From positions 496,001 to 560,000 of the forward strand of contig OZ025654.1 in assembly GCA_964019335.1 (NCBI GenBank): 64,000 bases of DNA, given 5' to 3'. Shown piece after piece: positions 1 through 8,075 of this stretch. Position numbers and translations under genes: made by a program. Below the pieces are notes generated by a model. It saw nothing but the letters and a program-made list of their open reading frames with translations. It had not been told where the DNA came from and searched no databases. Position 1 is the first letter of the stretch. Each line of letters starts with the position of its first letter. Source of the DNA: Diplonema japonicum (lineage: Eukaryota > Protista > Euglenozoa: Diplonemea).

Positions 1-375
1 TGCGACCGGCTATAATATAGTATCTTCCTACCACGGCCTTCGACAAGAGTACTTCTGTCCATGCAGCACCTGTCGTGCATGATCTCATCAAAGGGCTGGT
101 GAATTGTCAATTTCTTTTCTGCCGCCTAGCGTCACGGGTTGGTACCTGTGCGAGATCTATCTGCTTCGTAAGCTCCTGATAAATCCATGGGAGCTCCGTA
201 TTGTTCGTCGCTTCCTCCCTAGACCACCTTCGTGCGTTTTGAAGAACAAAAAAAAAGAAAAAGGCACACTCAAATCTACATAAATAACTGGCACACGTAT
301 GCCTCAGGAAGAACCTGGCAACGAAAAAAGAAGAAGGGTGCCGACGTTTTAAAGCAGGGAATACAAGTCTCCTTG

Positions 376-984
376 TTAATCCTGTTCAGACTCGAATCGC
401 AACCCTATGCCAGATCCTGAATTCACACAGACCACGGTTTCGTGCTCTTCATGATGGAGATGGATCAATGTGTGTTTCTCGAGATCGATTGCCTCCTGCG
501 CGGCTTCCCTTTTGAATAGCGCAAGCTTGGTAGGGGAGGTAGAGAAGAAGAAGGAATGGGTGGTTTTGTCAGTGGGGCAGTAGAAGAATTCCTCAGGGCC
601 AAGGTGTTTCCTGTAGGTTACTGCAGTAGTTTCTTCCTTGGTGATGAAGTTGAGATCGAGGATGGGTCCGTCAAGTAGCTTGGAAGTTGTCACCTCGCCA
701 CCGTTAAACGATGCATAGCTTCCCATTTCCGTAAGCGTGTTAACCCCACTCTCTGCATGGACAAGTTCTACCCCTTTCCCTTCCAGCAAAAACAAATTTC
801 TCTTGTATCCCACGAACTTTGAAAACGGCTCATTCGTCGAAACCTCAGCAGCGCTAACCCTCCAGTTGTACTCTTCCTTGTCCTTCAACAGCTCATATGT
901 AACGCCCTTTCCATTCTTCCATACACTCGGTTTAACCTTTGACTTTGGGTAGACATTGTACAGGCTGGCAATGGTACGATTCAT
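376..984 (-). CDS. HutD/Ves-family cupin protein
   Basis: 202 aa ORF with family motifs WKNGKGVTYEL, WRVSAAEV, PFSKFVGYKRNLFLLEGKGVEL, SFNGGEVTTSKLLDGPILDLNFI. Confidence 0.85.
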   Translation of the reverse strand: MNRTIASLYNVYPKSKVKPSVWKNGKGVTYELLKDKEEYNWRVSAAEVSTNEPFSKFVGYKRNLFLLEGKGVELVHAESGVNTLTEMGSYASFNGGEVTTSKLLDGPILDLNFITKEETTAVTYRKHLGPEEFFYCPTDKTTHSFFFSTSPTKLALFKREAAQEAIDLEKHTLIHLHHEEHETVVCVNSGSGIGLRFESEQD

Positions 985-1064
985 CTTTCCCTCCCACTAT
1001 TAGAAAGGCACAAATCAACGCGGAGTACAAAGTAAAAAAAAAAGAAAAAGACAAAGGTAGGGGA

Positions 1065-1200
1065 ACACACATCTTTTGCGGCAGGGGTGCGCAACAACGA
1101 CTACTTTGCCCATCCACCGTCCTTTGCCCCCTATGTTAGAGAGGACCGGGCAGGGCACCGCACAACACCGCAGAACAGAAAGCTACACAACACGGAGTCC
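1065..1200. repeat. Dispersed structured repeat family A, copy 1
   Basis: Near-identical to 4058-4193 (ggggtgcgcaacaacgactact...cacaacacggagtcc). Confidence 0.85.
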
Positions 1201-1554
1201 TATGTGACTGAGTTCAAAACAAAAGAATTTCAAGTGACGCGGGACCGCAACGACCCACCAAAGCTAGAGACAAGAGAGAGGGAAGGGGTGGTTCTTTTAA
1301 AGGATATGAGGGGGGAGGGGAAATCTGCAAAAACTGAAAGTGCGGTGTAGACCTGTATATGAGATTCAGTATAGTTCAAAAGTTTTAGTAAACGCATAAT
1401 CTGCACAGAAATCTTTCGAAAAATTGCAAAAACCATGAATTGTTTCAGCAGAAAAGGTGCCTCGAGAATACTTCGGAGAGACATAAAAAATTCGATAAGA
1501 CTTTAGTGCAGAAAAGGTGCTCACTGTTGGTAGAGAAAAAGAAAGAAAAATAAT

Positions 1555-1680
1555 TCTTTATGACTATATGTCTTGTTGTTCGCACGAGCAAAAAGAATAG
1601 TTTTTAACAAGCTGCGAAAGTTTTTCAAGTTGCATATAGTTATAAAATCATTCCTTTTGAAAGATAAATAGTTGTAACAA
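1555..1680. repeat. Dispersed repeat family E (also about 21845-22003, with modules in a different order)
   Basis: Shared ttatgactatatgtct..gttgttcgcac and caagttgcatatagttataaaatcatt. Confidence 0.7.
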
Positions 1681-1821
1681 ACAAAAAAAGAGAGAAGGGG
1701 GAAAAGAGTATGCTTCTTTTTCTCCCAACTTCTTCGCTTATGTATTCACCTTGTATGCTTCACGGTGTCTGCGCCCTTTGTTTTCTTCGTTTACGCGCTT
1801 GCAGTGAAGCGTGAAAAAGAA

Positions 1822-1918
1822 AACTAGTTTGGTGCTTCATTTGTTTGTGCTCACGAGCGGGACTTTACATAATAAAATAGCTCGTTGCGCTCGTCTCGAC
1901 AATAATATTGTTAAAACA
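1822..1918. repeat. Dispersed repeat family D (also about 2124-2200, 33430-33620, 44735-44812, 45175-45389, 54826-54906)
   Basis: Shared aactagtttgg...ttttacctaataaaatagctc...gtctcgacaataatattgttaaaac. Confidence 0.8.
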
Positions 1919-1924
1919 AAAAAC

Positions 1925-1966
1925 ATATGAGTTAAAGGAAGTCTTTGTGAGACGCCCCCTTGTTCT
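1925..1966 (-). mobile_element. Isolated 3' terminus of LINE family 1 (extreme 5' truncation); similar stubs at about 4221-4263, 24836-24861, 25991-26042, 34158-34204, 44945-44990, 53939-53973
   Basis: Plus-strand atatgagttaaaggaagtctttgtgagacgcccccttgttct is identical to the 3' end of the element at 47450 and 62705. Confidence 0.85.
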
Positions 1967-2261
1967 AAAAAAGAAAACAAAAAATGAGGGTACGTATAAA
2001 ACAACAAAAGAAAAAAGGGGAGGGAAGATGAAAGACGAGAAAAGGACTTTAAAAAACAAAAAAAAGTCTTTAATCGTAATTTTTATGTTCTTCTTTTGTG
2101 CAAAAGAGGAACTGGCCGTTGTTAACTAGTTTGGCACTTCATTTGTTTGCACGTGCCAGGTAAAGCCTGGAGAAGCTTGTAAACCCGAAACACATTGCCG
2201 ATAGATAAGTGAAAGACACAAAAAAAAGAGATTCAAACACGCTGCGTGCTTGGCGTGATAA

Positions 2262-3665
2262 CTAAAATGGGTGATTCGGTTGTTGAAGAAGTGTCTCTAC
2301 CTGGTGCTTCTTCCACACCACAAAGCCCACGCCCCCGCAAGCGGCAAGGGAACCCACAGCGACGAGGATCCAGACCCAGACCGGGGTGGAGCTGTTGTTG
2401 TTGCTGTCCTCTGCTGGAGTGCTGGCCTCCTGCCCTGCCGCCGCCTGCAGGTTCAACGGGGAAAGGGCGTATCCCTTGCACCCCAGCAGCACAGGGCCTC
2501 CCTTCCGGGCTTCTCCGGACCCGTCTGCGCAGCTGCACGTGTAGTCCTGCATGCTCCCTTTGGTCTTCTTCCCCTCCGCGCAGTTCTCCCCATCCCCGCA
2601 CGGGTTCCCCAGGCACTCGTCCACAAAGTCGCAGTTCGCCACCTTCGCCCCCTTCATCGTCTTCGTCTTCGTCGTGGCCGACCCCGCAGTGCAGCTGCAC
2701 ACATAGTCCCCCAACGTCGCCATCCCTGTTGGGTCCGTGCACTCCTGGCCCCCGCACGGATCGCTGGCGGCGCATTCGTCGGTTGAGGTTGACCCCTTGC
2801 AGCCGGTAGCGGCGGTGTTGGGCTTCAGGACGTTCTTGGCATACTCACTCCCAGGGCCCATGGGGGTGACGTTCCCAGGGGACTTGTAGTTGCACATGAG
2901 GTACACATTTGTGGACGTCCCCGACTTCTTGTGGCACAGAGCGCAGCCCACCTCAGAGCTGTCTTTCCACACCACCTGCGTCATGTGGCCTGTGGTGCCA
3001 GTTTCCGAGGCCGTGTCGTAGTTCCAGCAGGCTTCCTCCCCGCAGTACCACGAAGTAGTCCCGCTGGCAGGGTCGTAGTCGTGGACCTCCGTCTGGCCCC
3101 CGACCATTGCGATGTTCTCGCCGTAGCCACTCTTTTTGTTGTGGGTCAGCTTCTCCGTGGTGCAAGTGGTGGTCATCCCCTTGCTCTTGATGGTCCAGTC
3201 CGCGATCGCTGTGCTGTAAGTGAGGGGGCAGGCGCCGTGCTTGGCGCGGAACTCGTTGTGCTTGGCGAGAACGTTGTCGATCTGCCACTGCGCGAGGTCC
3301 GTGTAGCAAGGGGTGCTTGTCGCAGCGCCGCACTTCCCTGTCCTCGGGGGCGCTGGGGTTGCCTTTTCATCGTAGGTCCCAGGGGCACAGGTGCACTTCT
3401 TGCACCCACCCATCCCAACAAGCGTCGGACAGTCATAGCTTCCGAGCAGGTCCGTGCACTTGTATCCGCTGAACGTATCGGTGCACTTGCTGGCTTGCGG
3501 GCACCAAGCAACGGAAGACGTGCAGGCCCCCAGCAACCCCCCCTCTCGGGAGACATCCGAAAGGCTCGACGCCTCCATCCGACCGCCACCCACCGTCAGG
3601 TTATAAGGGTTCTCCTCCGTGAAGAGGGCAATACTGCCAACGAAGACAGCGGCGAGAAGCGACAT
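2262..3665 (-). CDS. Type I membrane protein with CAP (SCP/PR-1) domain and EGF-like repeats
   Basis: Hydrophobic N-terminus; CAP motifs HNEFRAKH, GENIA, GHMTQVVWKDSSEVGCA, CNYKSPGN; EGF-like DECAASDPCGGQEC and DECLGNPCGDGENC; C-terminal TM VWVWILVAVGSLAACGGVGFVVW. Confidence 0.9.
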   Translation of the reverse strand: MSLLAAVFVGSIALFTEENPYNLTVGGGRMEASSLSDVSREGGLLGACTSSVAWCPQASKCTDTFSGYKCTDLLGSYDCPTLVGMGGCKKCTCAPGTYDEKATPAPPRTGKCGAATSTPCYTDLAQWQIDNVLAKHNEFRAKHGACPLTYSTAIADWTIKSKGMTTTCTTEKLTHNKKSGYGENIAMVGGQTEVHDYDPASGTTSWYCGEEACWNYDTASETGTTGHMTQVVWKDSSEVGCALCHKKSGTSTNVYLMCNYKSPGNVTPMGPGSEYAKNVLKPNTAATGCKGSTSTDECAASDPCGGQECTDPTGMATLGDYVCSCTAGSATTKTKTMKGAKVANCDFVDECLGNPCGDGENCAEGKKTKGSMQDYTCSCADGSGEARKGGPVLLGCKGYALSPLNLQAAAGQEASTPAEDSNNNSSTPVWVWILVAVGSLAACGGVGFVVWKKHQVETLLQQPNHPF

Positions 3666-4057
3666 GGTGTTCCCTTAGGTTTTTATTGTGTTGTCTTTTG
3701 TGAAATCTGATGTGGATGATTGTGTGTGCTGGATAAGTACTTTTTTTGAAAGGCGATAGAAAAGAGAAGAAAAGAAAAAAAGACAAAAAGAAAAGTACTT
3801 TCAAAGAAAAGATGCATTGTGACATCTTTTCCCACGCCCATCGTCTTAAATGGAGAGAAAAGAAAGAAAAAAAAAGAGCATGGGTCGAAGAAACGATATC
3901 CCAACGTTTTCATTTTTGCAACTCCTTTTACTTTGTTGTTGTTGGTTATCCTGAGTGCTGGGATGGATTCAATGGGCTATCCGCCCCTGTGAAAAAAGAA
4001 AACCCGAAAAAGAAAAAGAAAAAAGAAGAATCCCACTTGAGGAAAAGAAAAATGAAA

Positions 4058-4193
4058 AACACACATCCTTTGCGGCAGGGGTGCGCAACAACGACTACTT
4101 AGCCCATCCACCGTCCTTTGCCCCCTATGTTAGAGAGGACCGGGCAGGGCACCGCACAACACCGCAGAACAGAAACTACACAACACGGAGTCC
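4058..4193. repeat. Dispersed structured repeat family A, copy 2
   Basis: Near-identical to 1065-1200. Confidence 0.85.
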
Positions 4194-4398
4194 GAATCGA
4201 ACTTTTGAGGTGAAAAAGAAATATAGGAATTAAAAAGGAGGTCTCTGTGAGACACCCCTGTTCAGGAAGGGGGGGATGCGGATTGAAAAAAAAAGGAAAG
4301 ATTGGATAATGTTTTTTTATTTTATCTTTATTTTACGTTGTTCATTCTTCTCCTCCTTCATTTTTCTGCGAAAAGAACTTCTCTCGTCGCGAGCTTGC

Positions 4399-4887
4399 TT
4401 ACAGCCTAACCCAAGCACAGCCGTTGCTGAAGTCGATCCTCCTGCCATCGATCTGGACAGTGCCGGTGATCCCAGTCATGCCAGTTTGGTAGGTCATCAT
4501 CTGACCAGTGAGGGTCCCGACAGCGGGGGACCAGCTCATGGCCCCGCTGAGGCAGGTGAACTGGTTGCCCACCTGCTGGATCTCCACCCTGTCGGGACCA
4601 GCAGCGTTCTTCCAGGTCCCAGTGAGGTTGATGCCGGTGTTGGCTACGGAGACGAGCTTCTTCTGGCAGAGAGGGCCGTGTTGCCCAGGATGCGTCGCGC
4701 ACTTGTTGCAGCAGCTGGTGGGGTTCACACCGGTGACCTGGTAGTCGCAGCTCACACACTTGAAGGCCTGCTTCTTGCAGTGGGGCCCGTGGTGCCCAGG
4801 GGTCATGTGGCAGAGCTTGCAGCAGTGGGTGGGGCTGACACCAGTCACACCGAAGTTGCAGGTGGCGCTTGTGCACTTTCCAGACAT
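4399..4887 (-). CDS. Small protein with two Cys/His-rich (putative Zn-binding) repeats and a beta-rich C-terminal domain
   Basis: Tandem motif CxxxVTGVxPTxCCxxCxxxPGxHGPxCxK twice; GC3-rich codons; A-run before ATG. Confidence 0.8.
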   Translation of the reverse strand: MSGKCTSATCNFGVTGVSPTHCCKLCHMTPGHHGPHCKKQAFKCVSCDYQVTGVNPTSCCNKCATHPGQHGPLCQKKLVSVANTGINLTGTWKNAAGPDRVEIQQVGNQFTCLSGAMSWSPAVGTLTGQMMTYQTGMTGITGTVQIDGRRIDFSNGCAWVRL

Positions 4888-5030
4888 TTTATTTGTTGTT
4901 TTTTTTTGGGGTGGTTATCTGGTGTGATTGAGAGGTAAGCGTTAACCAAGGTATATAAGTAAAAAATATGTGGTTCATTTTTCTTTCTTAGGTGATGAGG
5001 ACGAAAAAGAACCCATGTGAACAAACCTCT

Positions 5031-5684
5031 TCACATGGACCGACTTGCCGCTGTTTCTTCTATTTGCAATTGCCGTGTGCAGAAGGACTTGTTGTTGCTT
5101 ATCGCGCGGTCACTCGCGGTTTGCGCTGAGTTGTCCTGAATGAACAAGTCGACCAAGGGGTGGTCCAGGAGGAGCCGAACGCACTCATGATGCCCACATC
5201 TCGCCGCGTTGTGAAGTGCGGTACAGCCACTGGTGTCCTTAGCGTTGATAAGGTGTTCCGATTTGTCCTTCCGGCGGCTTGACGTGAGCTTCGGCCTGCT
5301 GGCTTTCAACAGAGGTTCTTTCCAAGGATCATTCCTGGCAGTACCGTGAGGGCAACCCTTTTGTTTCTTTGTCAATTGCTGTTCCGTTCTGAGATACAGG
5401 CCATCTTTGCACCCTTGGCACAGAGTTGCGTGCTTGGGGTTGACCCATTCTGCTAAACCCTTTATTTTTTCGGCTTGTCTCCCTGCTGAGGTGGCGAATA
5501 CGTCCTTAGTGTTGCTGTCGCAGCCAAAATAATAGTTGAAACACAGGGACCGCTTTTTCCTCTTCATGTCACACAGTTTCGCGTCCGCACACAAAATACA
5601 GCACGGGCCTCCCAAAGCCTGCACCAGAACGAGCGGCCAGGTTACTATAACATTTATTTTTGAGCACGTGTTGCATCTTTCCAT
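5031..5684 (-). CDS. Cys-rich domain plus C-terminal ankyrin repeats
   Basis: INAKDTSGCTALHNAARCGHHECVRLLL and QDNSAQTASDRA; N-terminus paralogous to 5824-6249. Confidence 0.75.
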   Translation of the reverse strand: MERCNTCSKINVIVTWPLVLVQALGGPCCILCADAKLCDMKRKKRSLCFNYYFGCDSNTKDVFATSAGRQAEKIKGLAEWVNPKHATLCQGCKDGLYLRTEQQLTKKQKGCPHGTARNDPWKEPLLKASRPKLTSSRRKDKSEHLINAKDTSGCTALHNAARCGHHECVRLLLDHPLVDLFIQDNSAQTASDRAISNNKSFCTRQLQIEETAASRSM

Positions 5685-5823
5685 TTTTTAGAAGCTGCTT
5701 AGTGCGACTGAATTGGGCCACCAAAAATAAATTCACTATGATAGGAAACGAAGTGGCGAGCAACGGCACACTCTTACAATGTGACCCGCCGATGAGGTAT
5801 CCCATCATGAGATGAGAAAATAT

Positions 5824-6249
5824 TCACCTTTTTCTTTTTCTTTGCGTTGAGGGTGGGGTGTCTTGTTTCAGGGTTTGGCTTTTGTCACATATGTAGCACG
5901 GGGTGGGGGGCGTTGCGCCTATTTGTTTAGTTTGCTCGTAGCATAACCGGCAAAGAACCACATGGTTTAGGTTCGCCCAACGTGGGAGGCCAAAGATCCG
6001 CTTTGCGGTATCAGGTTTGACAGAATAGACCAAATCCTCCTCCTGTGAGTCGTGGGGGCAAGAGAAGTAATAGTTGAAACACAGAGAATGGCGGTTCTCT
6101 TTCATTTTACATAGTTTCTGGTCAGCACAATGTAAGCACAGTGGCTCTCCTAGAGCAGCCTCGAGCTTTTCCCCTTTCGCAAGCTCTATCATCACGTTGT
6201 CACATCCGCATACTCCGCAGACGACCACGTTTTTCTTTTGGAACGGCAT
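5824..6249 (-). CDS. Cys-rich protein of unknown function (paralog of the N-terminal part of 5031-5684)
   Basis: Shared ALGxPxCxxCADxKLCxMK...SLCFNYYFxC...RIxGLxxWxN...LCxxC. Confidence 0.7.
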   Translation of the reverse strand: MPFQKKNVVVCGVCGCDNVMIELAKGEKLEAALGEPLCLHCADQKLCKMKENRHSLCFNYYFSCPHDSQEEDLVYSVKPDTAKRIFGLPRWANLNHVVLCRLCYEQTKQIGATPPTPCYICDKSQTLKQDTPPSTQRKRKR

Positions 6250-6547
6250 TTTTCTATCTTTTTTCCCCCCCCTCCCCCCGCCCCCCTTCCCATCTTAGTA
6301 TGTTATTTTTTTTAATTTTTGTAAAAAAAAAAAAAAAAAAAAAGAAAGGTGGAAAAATCTTGAGGGGGAGGAAAAAAGAAATGAGTAAAAAAAAAAAAAA
6401 AAAAAATGTTAGGGGGGGAGAAACAGGGAGGAGGAGAGAGAAAACAGCTTTTGTTTGTGTGCACAGCCGGGAGTTTACCTGTAGAAGAAGGACACGCCCC
6501 GACATGCACCACTACTCTTTTTCTTTTTCTTAGCACTAACAATATAT

Positions 6548-6840
6548 GAGCTCGTCCGAATTAAAATGCCAACACCTTTTTTTTTGACAGTTCGGAAATC
6601 TTTTGCCAGGTTCCTAAAGAGATTTTGGTAACATGGCCTTTTTCAGAAAAACACTTGCCTGCTCATGCAGAGATTCGACATTGGTATCTTTGGAGCCAAA
6701 CCTGCATTTTTCACCGCTCATAAAACTTAAAAATTGAAAAACTTACTTTTTTTTAAGGGGGTTTTAAGAGATTTTAGCCTAAAATAGGCCAAAATGGCAT
6801 TATTCAGGGCCCCCGGTTCAAAATGGGTTTTTTTCGATAG
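6548..6840 (+). mobile_element. Degenerate relative of putative DNA element F
   Basis: Starts gagctcgtccgaa..aaaatgccaacac as at 22005 and 41617; internal aacacttgcctgctca and ttttagcctaaaataggccaaaatggca match 22970-23155. Confidence 0.6.
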
Positions 6841-7446
6841 ACCTGCGATACTTTTTGGCCGATTTTTTGACCCTTTTTTTCAAAGGGGTGAACGTTAATC
6901 CAAACTGCGTGTGGAAGGCAGCTCCACAGTGACTCTTCGCGTTGAGAGGGGTTCATAGGTGGGCCGTTGTGTTGTGAAACCCATAACCGACCCCTAAGGC
7001 CAAACGGCGCGAGGCGCTGAGAGTTCGCAGGCGTCCCCTTGCCATCCCGGGTACCTGTGTCTCGCGAACCAGGTTGTTGTCTGGAACTATGTTTGATGGA
7101 AGAAGCACATCGTGGCTTTCAACTAATACTAAAACCACTCGCCCCGTGATTAATAAAAAGAGAAAAATTCCTCACAAAAGGGGTAACCCCTGCCCCCCCG
7201 TGGGCCTACCGCAGGCACAAGAAATTCGCCGGTCTACGTAGACCGGCGACGTTTTCAAAAAGAATTGCTAAGACCGGCGATCGCCGGTCTATCCCCACCT
7301 TACCGGAGAGCCTGCATTATTTCTCCCCACTTCATTTTTAATACCCAATAGCTGCCATTCCTCCTGTCGCTTCTCACGGAAAGAAGAAAAGAAGAAATAG
7401 AGTCTGGGTTATTGTAATTTCCAAACGTCAAAAACCAAAAAAAAAA

Positions 7447-7645
7447 CTCAAAGTACAGGACAAGCCCCCCGCTAGAGGGCCGCCCTATGGGAGGGGGGGG
7501 TCTATCTGTTAATACTCCCCTTCTGGAGCATTGCTTTCATCCCGATTGAGGCCCTGAGCGTCATGCGGAGTCGTGTGATGCGGTCCCGCTTGTAGTCGGC
7601 TTTCAATTCCATTAGCTTGTCGTGCGTGGAGCGGGTGGCGAAAAT
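7447..7645 (-). mobile_element. 3' fragment of LINE family 2
   Basis: Near-identical to 26051-26250; encodes IFATRSTHDKLMELKADYK...KGSINR*; sense-strand T-runs on both sides. Confidence 0.9.
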
Positions 7646-8075
7646 AAAAAAAAAACTTTCTTTTAAGGTATGCGTTTTTGCGCTCACCGGCCGCGCTGTT
7701 CTTCAAAAAAAAAAAAACCATTCTAAAAAACATGGTTTTGCACGCGCGTTTTAAAATAAAACAAACGCTTATGATCAGGAATGGTCAGGGGTGTTGTCTC
7801 TTAACAACCAACCCAGGTTTACTACAGGAGGGATAAACGGACAAACTGAAATCAAAGAGAACAAAAAAAGAGGGAAAAAAAGCGGCCTTCAAGAATAACG
7901 CTTTCCCCCCCCCTCATTTTGGCCGTACAAATTCGAGGGTTTTACTCAATCCAGAAAGTCCCAAGACCCCTTTCTTTTGGTGTACAATATGAAAAAAAAA
8001 ACTGGGGAACGAAAAAAACTGAAAAATCCCGGTTTTTGAAGAAGAAAAAAAAAACGCGAACCATATATCCTGTTG

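Noticed and set aside
1-245. Possible retroelement C-terminus (…ELPWIYQELTKQ…RRQKRN*) with a hammerhead-like UUGAUGAG downstream
   Set aside because: No diagnostic motif; the CUGAUGA/GAAA core and stems are not properly formed; cut by the window edge
7447-7465. Family 2 tail CTGTACTTT resembles the 3' end of euglenozoan spliced leaders
   Set aside because: Only about 9 nt of match and no other SL RNA features
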